DNA of 42,370 bases from Chloroflexota bacterium (GCA_009692785.1 SHYN01000002.1:1-42370); one strand, 5' to 3'; positions 27,647 through 36,610 are shown, counted from the stretch's first letter. The notes: generated by a model from the sequence alone, not told the origin. Numbers and translations are program-made.

Positions 27647-28109
27647 GGACATCCAGTTCTTGGTCGAGCGCCTCGAGGCGCTCATCGTGAACGCTCGCAA
27701 GGTCCCGATGACGAGCAACGTCATGCTCGATCAGGCTGCCGTGCTCGACCTCATCGATCAGCTGCGCATCTCCATTCCCGAAGAGGTGAAGCAGGCGAAG
27801 CGCGTGACGCAGGACACCGAGCGCCTTGTCGCGCGCGGCCGCGAGGAGGCCGATGAGATCATCGCCGCCGCGCAGGAGCAGGCGGCCCTGCTCCTGCAGG
27901 ATCAATCAGTCCTGCGCGAGGCCGAGCTGCAGGCCCAGTCAACGCTGGACCGCGCACAGACCAAGGCGGACGAGACGATGCGCGGAGCCGACCAGTACGC
28001 GGGAGACGTCCTCGTTCGCCTCGAGAGCGACCTTGTCAAGACGCTCGCCATCATCAAGAGGTCCCTCGAGGTCCTCGAAGAGCGGCGGCCGCAGTCCACC
28101 GAGGCGTAG
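27633..28109 (+). CDS. hypothetical coiled-coil protein
   Basis: The 158-aa ORF has high GC3 (by-eye read). It is heptad-like and rich in E/A/Q/R (..EEVKQAKRVTQDTERLVARGREEADEIIAAAQEQAALLLQ..). I recognise no catalytic motif. It overlaps the rsmD end by 14 nt and abuts yceD. Confidence 0.55.
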   Translation: MILDRDIQFLVERLEALIVNARKVPMTSNVMLDQAAVLDLIDQLRISIPEEVKQAKRVTQDTERLVARGREEADEIIAAAQEQAALLLQDQSVLREAELQAQSTLDRAQTKADETMRGADQYAGDVLVRLESDLVKTLAIIKRSLEVLEERRPQSTEA

Positions 28110-28655
28110 GTGCTGGTCGTTGTCTCGTCGCTCCTCAGGCAGGCGGTCGGCACGCGGATCCGTTTCGAGATCTCGGAATCGCCGATCGCACCCGGTGGTG
28201 AGAACGCCGGCCTGATCGCGTCCGGCGCGCACTCGGTCGATGCCACGCTGGACGCCATCCATACCGATCCGGGAGTTCTCGTCGAGGGCACGGCCACGGC
28301 CCTCATCAAAGGGCAGTGCAGCCGTTGCCTGAAGGACTGCCTGACCCGCGTCCACACGGAGTTCGCGGAGCAGTACTACGCGACGGTCGACGTGGTGAAC
28401 GGCGCACCTCGTCTCGACCCGCCGGCCGAGGCGCAGACCATCGGGTCAGACTTTCGGATCGACCTGACACCGCTCGTTGCGGAGGAGCTGATCCTCGCGA
28501 CACCGTTCGCGCCCCTCTGCCGCGCGGACTGCAAGGGGCTCTGCCTGGCCTGCGGGGCCGACCTAAATCTTGGCCCGCACGCGCACGAGGACCGCACCGA
28601 TCCACGTTGGAAGAAGCTCGGGACGCTCGAGGGGTTTCACGCCGACCGCGAATAG
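28110..28655 (+). CDS. yceD: YceD/DUF177 family protein (large-subunit rRNA accumulation protein)
   Basis: The Cys pairs CSRCLKDC and CRADCKGLCLACGADLN are present. It has the conserved position immediately upstream of rpmF. Confidence 0.8.
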   Translation: MLVVVSSLLRQAVGTRIRFEISESPIAPGGENAGLIASGAHSVDATLDAIHTDPGVLVEGTATALIKGQCSRCLKDCLTRVHTEFAEQYYATVDVVNGAPRLDPPAEAQTIGSDFRIDLTPLVAEELILATPFAPLCRADCKGLCLACGADLNLGPHAHEDRTDPRWKKLGTLEGFHADRE

Positions 28656-28692
28656 GCGACAATGGTGGGACTAGAGCGAAGGAGCCACACCA

Positions 28693-28899
28693 TTGGCCGG
28701 TCAACCCAAGAAGCGCACGCCGCATGCGGCACAGGGCGATCGTCGCAGCCACCTCGCGTTGAAGGTCGCGCCGCTCGTACCCTGTCCGCAGTGCAAGAGT
28801 CCGAAGCCGTCCCACCAAGCCTGTCCGCACTGCGGAACCTACCGGGGCCGGCAGGTCATCGTGATCAAGTCGAAGAAGCCAAAGTCCGCGACCCGCTAG
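28693..28899 (+). CDS. rpmF: 50S ribosomal protein L32
   Basis: The translation begins ..PKKRTPHAAQGDRRSH and contains the zinc ribbon CPQC..CPHCG. GAAGGAG lies 8 nt upstream of TTG 28693. Confidence 0.9.
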   Translation: MAGQPKKRTPHAAQGDRRSHLALKVAPLVPCPQCKSPKPSHQACPHCGTYRGRQVIVIKSKKPKSATR

Positions 28900-28912
28900 G
28901 GAACACGCGCTG

Positions 28913-29914
28913 ATGCGCATCGCGGTCGACGCGATGGGCGGTGACCACGCCCCGGACGAGATCGTCCGGGGCGCTCTGCTGTACCGGACGAGCGGGGGGC
29001 CCGCTGACATCGTGCTGGTGGGTCGAGGCGAAGCGATCCGCGGCGCGCTTGGCAACCGTGACCGGTCCGGGATCACCGTCGTCGAGGCGAGCGACGTCGT
29101 GGCGATGCACGAGCATCCGGCGAATGCGCTCCGCCGTCGCCCCGACACCTCGATCGGCGTCGCGACCGCGCTCGTGAAGCGCGGCGAGGCCGACGCGGTC
29201 GTCTCGGCCGGCAATACCGGCGCAACCGTCGCCGCCGCGCTCTTCACCCTCGGCCGGATCAAGGGGATCGACCGGCCGGCGCTGTGCGGCATGCTGCCCA
29301 CCACCGCGGGTAAACCCGCCTGCATCCTCGACGTGGGTGCAACCCCAGAGGCCGAGGTGCGCAACCTCCTGGAGTACGCGGTCATGGCCTCCCGCTTCAT
29401 GGAGAGCGTGCACGGTCTCACCCGACCCAGCGTCGGTCTGCTGAACATGGGTGAGGAGGAGGAGAAGGGAGACCGCCTGCGCCGAGAGACGCACGTGGCG
29501 CTCCGAGCGGCGGCGACACTGAACTTCGTCGGCAACGTCGAGGGCCGCGACGTCATGCGCGGGACAACGGATATCGCGGTCTGCGATGGCTTCACCGGCA
29601 ACGTGCTCATCAAGGGCCTCGAGGGCACCGTCGACGTCTTTCGCGAAGCGATCCGCGACGACATCTTCGGCGGACCGCTCGGGAAGATCGCCTACCTCTT
29701 CGGGTTGCTCGGCGTCCGCCGGATGCGGCACAAGCTGGACTACGACCCCTACGCCTCGGCCCCGCTGCTCGGTGTGGACGGCGTCTCGGTGGTGACGCAC
29801 GGGCGCGCCCGGGCGAACATGCTGCGCTGGGCGATCGTGGTGGCGGAGCGCGCGGCGAGCGGCGGCCTGATCTCGGCCATTGCGCAGAGCGCCGCGACGA
29901 CCGCACGACCGTGA
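28913..29914 (+). CDS. plsX: phosphate acyltransferase
   Basis: MRIAVDAMGGDHAP is the N-terminus, with ..SAGNTGA.. and GNVEGRD..CDGFTGNV following. Confidence 0.9.
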   Translation: MRIAVDAMGGDHAPDEIVRGALLYRTSGGPADIVLVGRGEAIRGALGNRDRSGITVVEASDVVAMHEHPANALRRRPDTSIGVATALVKRGEADAVVSAGNTGATVAAALFTLGRIKGIDRPALCGMLPTTAGKPACILDVGATPEAEVRNLLEYAVMASRFMESVHGLTRPSVGLLNMGEEEEKGDRLRRETHVALRAAATLNFVGNVEGRDVMRGTTDIAVCDGFTGNVLIKGLEGTVDVFREAIRDDIFGGPLGKIAYLFGLLGVRRMRHKLDYDPYASAPLLGVDGVSVVTHGRARANMLRWAIVVAERAASGGLISAIAQSAATTARP

Positions 29915-30348
29915 GACCACCACTCCGCCACGGGCGGCATCCCGCGAGGCGGCTCGCGCTGCAGGTGCTCTTCGAGGTTGACTTCACCCGCGGCGAGCTT
30001 CGCGAGGCGCTGACCCGCGGTGCCTTCCGGGCCGGCCTCAGCGAGGAGGCGGCGGAGTTCTCCTGGGAGCTCGCCTCGGGCGTGCAGGAGCATTGCGCCG
30101 CTCTCGACGAGGAGATCGCAGCGCTCGCCCCCGAGTTCCCGATCGAGCAGATGGCGCGAGTGGACCGCAACGTGCTGCGCATCGCGCTGTTCGAGCTACG
30201 GATCTCCGGCGACGCGCCGGCGGCGGCGATCATCGACGAGGCGGTCGAACTTGCGAAGCTCTTTGGCTCCGAGGCGTCCGCCAAGTTCGTGAACGGGGTC
30301 CTGGCCACCGCGGTGGGTGGGAGAAGGGCCCGCGTGAGGCCAGATTGA
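29911..30348 (+). CDS. nusB: transcription antitermination factor NusB
   Basis: RRLALQVLFEVDF, VDRNVLRIALFEL and IDEAVELAKLFGSEASAKFVNGVL are present. The start forms a GTGA overlap with the plsX stop. Confidence 0.85.
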   Translation: MRPPLRHGRHPARRLALQVLFEVDFTRGELREALTRGAFRAGLSEEAAEFSWELASGVQEHCAALDEEIAALAPEFPIEQMARVDRNVLRIALFELRISGDAPAAAIIDEAVELAKLFGSEASAKFVNGVLATAVGGRRARVRPD

Positions 30349-30450
30349 CGCCCCGCGCGGCGACGATGACACTTGGCGTACTCGGTAGCAGGCCGGGTCG
30401 AGCGGATGTACCGAGAATCGGTCGCACGGCGGCCGCGTGGAGGTGGTCGG

Positions 30451-30693
30451 TTGGCACAGGCGGATATCTACGAGCGTCTGAAGAAGATCGTCGTCGAGCA
30501 GCTTGGCGTCGATGAAAAGGACGTCAAGCCCGAAGCGGCGTTTGTCGAGGACCTCAACGCGGACTCGCTCGACCTCGTGGAGCTCATCATGAGCCTCGAG
30601 GAAGAGTTCGGCATGGAGATCTCGGACGAGGACGCCGAGCAGATCAAGTCGGTCGGGGCGGCCCAGGAGTACATCGAGGAGCACGTTTCCTAG
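30451..30693 (+). CDS. acpP: acyl carrier protein
   Basis: The translation reads [44 protein letters not shown], which contains the DSLD phosphopantetheine site. GGAGG at 30440-30444 lies 6 nt upstream of TTG 30451. The 26 upstream codons of the track ORF are not ACP-like. Confidence 0.9.
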   Translation: MAQADIYERLKKIVVEQLGVDEKDVKPEAAFVEDLNADSLDLVELIMSLEEEFGMEISDEDAEQIKSVGAAQEYIEEHVS

Positions 30694-30758
30694 GAGGCGG
30701 GCCAGGCTCCGCTGATCGTTCGTTCAGCACGTGACAGCATGGGGAGGCAGGGATCGGA

Positions 30759-31469
30759 GTGGTCCCTGCCTCCCCGCAGTTCTGGAAAGGGAGGTCGAGC
30801 GACACGGAGATCGCCGGGTACGTCTTTCGCGACGAGCGGCTGGCCGATGTGGCGCTCACGCATGGTTCGTATCTCCACGAGCATCGGGAGGAGCCGGGCC
30901 TCGAGGACTTCGAGCGCCTCGAGTTCCTCGGCGATGCCGTGGTCGATCTCATCGTGGCCGAGGAGCTGTACACCATGCACCCCACGGCGGGCGAGGGCGA
31001 CCTCACCCATCTGCGCGCCGCCCTTGTCTCGCGGAACGCGATGGCGGCGTTCGCGACCACGCTGGGGCTTCCCGAGCGCGCTCGACTCGGACGTGGGGAG
31101 ATGGATTCGGGTGGACGTGGCCGACCGGGTCTCGCCGCACGGCTCTACGAGTCGCTCGTCGGTGCGATCTACCTCGACGGCGGGCTCGCGGCCGCGCGCG
31201 CGGTCGTGCTTCGGACGATGGGCGACGCGCTGACCGTGGGCGTCGCCGGGCGCGTCAAGTCTGCAAAGTCGGTCCTCCAGGAATGGGCGCTCGCCAAGGG
31301 CCACGCGCTCCCCGACTACAGCGTCGTCGGGACGAGTGGGCCCGATGACCGCCGGCTGTACGAGGTGGAGGCGAGGGTCGCGACAAGCCTGACGCGCGGG
31401 AGCGGCGCATCGAAGCGTGAGGCCGAGGAGGCTGCCGCCCGGCTGGCGCTTGCGGCGCTCGGGCTGTGA
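30759..31469 (+). CDS. rnc: ribonuclease III
   Basis: The RNase III signature FERLEFLGDAVVDL is present, along with a C-terminal dsRBD (KS.LQEW.., GSGASKREAEEAAA). Confidence 0.9.
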   Translation: MVPASPQFWKGRSSDTEIAGYVFRDERLADVALTHGSYLHEHREEPGLEDFERLEFLGDAVVDLIVAEELYTMHPTAGEGDLTHLRAALVSRNAMAAFATTLGLPERARLGRGEMDSGGRGRPGLAARLYESLVGAIYLDGGLAAARAVVLRTMGDALTVGVAGRVKSAKSVLQEWALAKGHALPDYSVVGTSGPDDRRLYEVEARVATSLTRGSGASKREAEEAAARLALAALGL

Positions 31470-34400
31470 CGCCCGAGGATGGCGTGATGATCGATCCCGC
31501 CGCCGCCGGCGCGGACGCCACCGATCCCGTTCTGAGCGACGCTCCGGCGCACGCCGGCGTCGTTGAGCTCGGAACGCCGAACGCCGTGCTCAAGACGCTG
31601 ACCATGACCGGCTTCAAGTCGTTCGTGCACCGCACCCATCTCGAGTTCGCACCCGGCATCACGGCGATCATCGGGCCGAATGGTTCGGGGAAGTGCACGC
31701 CCGGCTGGGTTCGCGTGACTCTCGCCGATGGGCGCGAGGTGCCGATCAGCGAACTGGTGGAGGCCGCGCTGAAGGTGGATGCGGAAGCGCTCGCCGACGG
31801 ATCCCAGACCACCGCGAATCCCGATGCGGTCGAGGTCCTCTCGCTTGACCCGGTGACCTTGCGCTTGGGGCCTCGTCCCGTTCTCGCGTTCGTGAAGCGA
31901 TCGTCACCGGCACGCCTGATCCGCGTGCGCACGCGTTCGGGCCGCCGGATCGAGGCAACCCCCTACCACCCACTCTTCGCGCTGCACGAGGGGCAGCTCG
32001 CTGCCCTGCGTGCGGATGAGCTGCGGATCGGCACGCGCGTGGCCGTGCCGCGCCAGCTCCCCACGGCTGAGGGCAGGATGTGGCTTCGGCCACGCGAGAT
32101 CCGTGACTCGTTCACCGCTGCCGACCGCGTCTACGTCGCTCCATCCGCCGGACTCACGGAATGGGCGGGTGAGGCTCGTGGCAGGTTCGGAGGGTGGGAG
32201 CGCTGGTTCCGCGCCGCCGGAGTAGACCGCCGCGGCCAGGGCATGCAGCAGGGTCAGGCGGTTCTGTCGACGGTCGTCGGGGCGCTGGCCCTGGCGGCTG
32301 GGACGGACGAGCCGAACGACGTGATGCTCAAGTCGTCCACCGGGGTAAGCGTCCGCATTCCCGATGCGCTCACCCCCGACCTCGCGCGGTTCCTGGGGCT
32401 GCAGATCGCTGAAGGCAGTTCGCAGAACTCCAACACGTTCAGGTTCACCAACTCCGATCCCGAGGTGCTCGTGGAATACGAACGACTCGTTCGGGATCTC
32501 TTTGGTGTGCGGGTCGAGCGCAGCGAACGGCCGCGTGCCACCTGCCTCATCGTGAATAGCCGCGCGCTGTCGGTGTTGCTTGAGCGCGGGTTGGGGCAGC
32601 GGGCGCGAACGCTCTCGGCGCAGAAGATCGCACCAGCCCAGATGCAGAGCGCTCCCGAGCACGTCCAGTGGGCGTTCCTCTCCGGCCTGTTCGAAGGCGA
32701 TGCTTTCATTTGTGTGAATCGCAAAGGTAGGGCCAAGGGGTACGCCTCTATCGAATACGCCACCGCTAGTGAGGCGCTCGCGCGCGAAGTCGTGTCCCTC
32801 CTCTTGCGACTCGGGGTGTTCGCCTCGATCCGCTCCGGAGAGAAGCTGGCGACGAACTCGTCTGCGCCGAACCTTCGTACCTACTGGAGTGTGCATATCT
32901 ATGGTGCCGAGCAGCTTCGCCACGCGGCCCGTCATCTCGACTTCGTAGGCTCGAAGCAGGCGGCCCTTGAGGAGCTCCGCGTCCTCGACGTCGCGTCGAA
33001 TCCCAACCTTGACGTCATTCCCGGGGCCACGGTGATGGTCCGCGAAGCGGCAAAGGCTGCGGGGGTCAATGTCAAGAAGCATCGAAATGGTCGCGCGAAA
33101 CTCGCCGCCTACAGCGAGCAACGCTGCGAGGCAACCCGCGGCGGTCTCCTCGAGGTCGCGGCCCAGATCGAGCAGCTCGGCGCCACGCCGGAGGCCGCGC
33201 GCCAGATGTTGGATCGACTCCAGATCCTGGCGACCTCCGATGTTTACTGGGACGAGGTCGTCCAGATCGAGGAGTTCGAGTCACCGGACAAGTGGGTGTA
33301 CGACCTCTGTGTCGCGGAGACGCACAACTTTGTCGCCGAGAACATCGTCGTCCACAACAGCAACGTGGCAGATGGCATCCGCTGGGCGCTCGGGGAGAAC
33401 AACCCGCGGCTGCTCCGCGCGAAGCGGAACGACGAGCTGATCTTCGCGGGATCCGAGACCCGCCGTGGACTGGGAATGGCCGAGGTCGAGCTGCAGCTTG
33501 ACAACTCGTCGCGCCGGTTGCCGATCGAATTCAACGAGATCGAGGTCGGTAGGCGGCTGTACAAGAGCGGCGAGGCAGAGTTCCTCGTCAATCGCTCCAA
33601 GGTGCGGCTCCGCGACCTTTCCGAGATCCTCGCGGGCGCGAACCTCGCCGACAACCCATTCGTGGTGATCGGCCAGGGGCTGGTGGATCAGGTGCTCGCG
33701 CTCCGTCCGGCGGACCGTCGCACGGTCATCGAGGAGGCCGCTGGTACCAGGCGCCTGCAGCACCGGCGGGAGCTCGCGCTCGATCGGCTGAAGAGCGCGG
33801 AGGGCGAGCTCGTGCGCGTGATCGATATTCTCCGCGAGCTGAGCCCTCGCGTGCAGCTCCTCACGGAGCAGGCCGGGCGATGGGCTGAGTACGAGACCGT
33901 CCGGAACGACCTGCGGCGCCGCGCGCTCCGCTGGTACCGCGGCTCCTTTGGAGCGACCGCGACGCAGCGTGCCGAGCTCGTGGCGAGGATCGTCGGTGTC
34001 GATCGTGAGGTCGCTCGTCTCACCGACCTTGCTGCCGAGATCGGCTCGTCGAGCGCCGGGACCGAAGCGGAGCTGCGTGCCGCGCGCGAGGAGGAGGAGC
34101 GGCGTCGGGTCGCCGCCGGCGACGCGGTCCAGCTGCTTGCGAGGCTCCGCGAGCGCCTCGCCGGCCTTCAAGCCAGCCTCGAAGCGATCGCGGCAGAACG
34201 CGACCGCGCACGCGAGGCGCTGGCCAGGCTCCCCGGTGAGCTAAGCAGCCTTCGCGAACGGCGTCAGAGTGTCGATGAGGAGACGCAGGTGGCCGCTCTC
34301 GCTGCGCGCTCGTCCGCCGACGCCGCGCGCGCAGCCGAGGAGGGCGCCTCAACGACCCGCGTCGCTCTTGCCGAGGCTCAGGCCGAAAGGGTCGAGAAGC

Positions 34401-36610
34401 AGCGTGCGCTCGTGCTCCGCGAAGGCGACGAGGTGCGGCTTGCCGACGACGAGCGAACGCTCCTGCTGCGTGACGAAGAGCTCGCGAACGCGGCCGAGAT
34501 GGTCGCGACCTCGCGGGCGGAGAGCGAGCGCAGGGTGTCCGCCATCGCCGCGGAGCTTCGGGGAGTGCGTGACGCCGCGGCGCTCGTCGCGGTGGCGGCG
34601 GAGGCGATGGGCGCGGAAGCCACCGCCGCACGGATCGCGGTGCAAGGTATCGACGGCGATCTCGCGCTCGTCCGCGGTCAGATCGCCGCGCTCCGCGAGG
34701 CCGTCCTGCGCACGGAGAGCGAGATCGCGGCCCGCGAGGCGGGCTCCGCGCTTCCTCCGCTGCCCGGTGGTCTCCGTTGGTTCCACGAGCACGCCCCGGA
34801 GCCGATCGCACGTTCGCTCGTCGCGGCCCTCGGCGAGGCCGTCGCCACCCTGGCCGATGGAGCGTGGACGGACGTTGCCGAGCCGGAACGCTGCCGGCGC
34901 GTCACCTCCGGCCTTCCGGTGTTCCTCGCGGAGGACGATGCGGCGGCGCTCGCCGCGGCCCTGACCCTGACCTCGGGGACCGTCGTCGCGCCGAGCGGCC
35001 TCCTGGTCATTCCCGGCCTCATCCGTCTCGTCACGCCCGGGGCCGCGGCGCGGGAGGGCCTTACTCAGCTCAGAGCGATCGCGTCCCGGGTTCGCGAGGA
35101 GCTGGCGACCGCGGAGCGCGTGCAGGGCGATGCCCTGGCCCGCCGCGCCGCCGCGGCCGAGCGCGCCGCGGATGCCGAGCGCCGGCTCCTTGCCATCCAG
35201 AGCGATCGAGGTGAGCATGATCGCGCCGCGGGTTCGCTCTCCTCACGCGAGGCCGACGAGCGCGACCTCATCCGGGCGGCGGTGGCGAGTGCGGGGGTCA
35301 TCGAGCACGAGCGTGGAGACATCATCCGGCGCCGCGAGCAGCTGTCCGACGATCGCGGATCGGCAGCGGCGGCGCGGGCGGTCGCCACGGCGATGCATGT
35401 CGCTGCCGAGCAGGCCGAGCAGGCTTCGCTCACACGGCATGCTGCGAATGCGAAGCAGGCCGAGGACGCGCGACTCGACGCCGCGACGAATGAGGAGCGG
35501 CGTGCCCAGCTTGCTCGCCTCCGCGACGAGCTCGACGAGCGCGTCGGGTCCACCGAGCGCCGGATCGCGGAAGAGGAAGCGCGGGCTCGAGCGCTTGCAC
35601 AGCAGGAGCGCGAGTCGCGGCAGCGGCTCGACGGGACGCAGGGCGAGCTGGGAGCGCTCACCGCGACGGCGCGCGACGCGGAGCGCTCCGCCGAGATCGC
35701 ACGCGAACGGGCGCTGGCGGCGGAGGGCACGCGCCGGGAGATTGAGCAGCGCCTCGCCACGGCGCGCGAGCGACTTGCCGAGCTTCGCGGAGAACGCGCG
35801 ACGCTTGCGGTCGAGGAGGAGCGCGCCACCGGCGCCCTGCGGCTCCTCGAGGAGCAGGTCCGCGCAGAGCTCGGCCTCACTGACGACCAGCAGCTGCCCG
35901 ACCCCGAGTCGCTCGAGGGCGACGACCTTGGGCCGATGACCGATCAGGAGCGGGCGACGGTCATGCGCGACCTGCAGCGACTGCGGCGCCGGCTCATGGC
36001 GCTCGAGCCGGTCAATCCGCTTGCTGCGACCGAGCTGGGCGAGGTGGGGACGAGGCACTCATTCCTCTCGGCGCAACGCGCCGACCTGGAGAAGGCGATC
36101 ATCGACCTGCGCTCGCTCGCGGACGACCTTGCCGCGGCCATCGCCGAGCAGTTCAGCGCCACGCTCCAGGCAGTCGACCGTGAGTTCGGCGTGTTCTTCC
36201 AGCAGCTGTTCGCCGGCGGCCAGGCCTCGCTGCGCACGAGCGATGATCCCGAGGAGCCCGGCATCGACATCTACGCGCGGCCCCCCGGGAAGCGCGCCGG
36301 CAGCCTCAATCAGCTCTCCGGCGGCGAGCGCGCGCTCACCGCGACCGCGCTTCTTCTCGCGATCCTCCGCGTGAAGCCCGCACCGTTCTGCGTGCTGGAC
36401 GAGGTCGACGCCGCGCTCGACGAGCGGAACATCGGTCGGTTCACACAGGCGCTGCGCTCTCTCACCGACCGCACGCAGTTCGTGGTCATCACGCACAACC
36501 GCGGCACGATCGAGGCTGCCGACACGCTCTACGGCGTCTCGATGGATGAGGGTGGCGTGTCGAAGATCATCTCGCTCCGATTGGCGGACCTGGACGATCG
36601 TGCCAGATAG
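31466..36610 (+). CDS. smc: chromosome segregation protein SMC, interrupted in frame by a 555-aa intein in the Walker A loop
   Basis: The head N-lobe reads LKTLTMTGFKSF..ITAIIGPNGSGK | intein | SNVADGIRWALGE. Long coiled coils follow. The head C-lobe has LSGGERALTATALLLA (signature) and FCVLDEVDAALD (Walker B). The precursor is 1714 aa; the host part is 1159 aa. The start is either GTG 31466 (GTGA overlap with rnc, high GC3 by eye) or GTG 31586 (VLKTLTMTGFKSF). Confidence 0.9.
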   Translation: MTPEDGVMIDPAAAGADATDPVLSDAPAHAGVVELGTPNAVLKTLTMTGFKSFVHRTHLEFAPGITAIIGPNGSGKCTPGWVRVTLADGREVPISELVEAALKVDAEALADGSQTTANPDAVEVLSLDPVTLRLGPRPVLAFVKRSSPARLIRVRTRSGRRIEATPYHPLFALHEGQLAALRADELRIGTRVAVPRQLPTAEGRMWLRPREIRDSFTAADRVYVAPSAGLTEWAGEARGRFGGWERWFRAAGVDRRGQGMQQGQAVLSTVVGALALAAGTDEPNDVMLKSSTGVSVRIPDALTPDLARFLGLQIAEGSSQNSNTFRFTNSDPEVLVEYERLVRDLFGVRVERSERPRATCLIVNSRALSVLLERGLGQRARTLSAQKIAPAQMQSAPEHVQWAFLSGLFEGDAFICVNRKGRAKGYASIEYATASEALAREVVSLLLRLGVFASIRSGEKLATNSSAPNLRTYWSVHIYGAEQLRHAARHLDFVGSKQAALEELRVLDVASNPNLDVIPGATVMVREAAKAAGVNVKKHRNGRAKLAAYSEQRCEATRGGLLEVAAQIEQLGATPEAARQMLDRLQILATSDVYWDEVVQIEEFESPDKWVYDLCVAETHNFVAENIVVHNSNVADGIRWALGENNPRLLRAKRNDELIFAGSETRRGLGMAEVELQLDNSSRRLPIEFNEIEVGRRLYKSGEAEFLVNRSKVRLRDLSEILAGANLADNPFVVIGQGLVDQVLALRPADRRTVIEEAAGTRRLQHRRELALDRLKSAEGELVRVIDILRELSPRVQLLTEQAGRWAEYETVRNDLRRRALRWYRGSFGATATQRAELVARIVGVDREVARLTDLAAEIGSSSAGTEAELRAAREEEERRRVAAGDAVQLLARLRERLAGLQASLEAIAAERDRAREALARLPGELSSLRERRQSVDEETQVAALAARSSADAARAAEEGASTTRVALAEAQAERVEKQRALVLREGDEVRLADDERTLLLRDEELANAAEMVATSRAESERRVSAIAAELRGVRDAAALVAVAAEAMGAEATAARIAVQGIDGDLALVRGQIAALREAVLRTESEIAAREAGSALPPLPGGLRWFHEHAPEPIARSLVAALGEAVATLADGAWTDVAEPERCRRVTSGLPVFLAEDDAAALAAALTLTSGTVVAPSGLLVIPGLIRLVTPGAAAREGLTQLRAIASRVREELATAERVQGDALARRAAAAERAADAERRLLAIQSDRGEHDRAAGSLSSREADERDLIRAAVASAGVIEHERGDIIRRREQLSDDRGSAAAARAVATAMHVAAEQAEQASLTRHAANAKQAEDARLDAATNEERRAQLARLRDELDERVGSTERRIAEEEARARALAQQERESRQRLDGTQGELGALTATARDAERSAEIARERALAAEGTRREIEQRLATARERLAELRGERATLAVEEERATGALRLLEEQVRAELGLTDDQQLPDPESLEGDDLGPMTDQERATVMRDLQRLRRRLMALEPVNPLAATELGEVGTRHSFLSAQRADLEKAIIDLRSLADDLAAAIAEQFSATLQAVDREFGVFFQQLFAGGQASLRTSDDPEEPGIDIYARPPGKRAGSLNQLSGGERALTATALLLAILRVKPAPFCVLDEVDAALDERNIGRFTQALRSLTDRTQFVVITHNRGTIEAADTLYGVSMDEGGVSKIISLRLADLDDRAR
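31694..33358 (+). mobile_element. intein (class 1, Cys1 ... His-Asn / Ser+1) with a LAGLIDADG homing-endonuclease domain, inserted in the smc P-loop
   Basis: Block A is CTPGWVRVTLADGREVPISEL. Block B is IEATPYHPL (TxxH). The dodecapeptide motifs are LARFLGLQIAEGS and AFLSGLFEGDAFI, with KIAP between them. Blocks F/G are WVYDLCVAETHNFVAENIVVHN, followed by S+1. Removing the element restores GPNGSGKSNVADGIRW. Confidence 0.88.
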
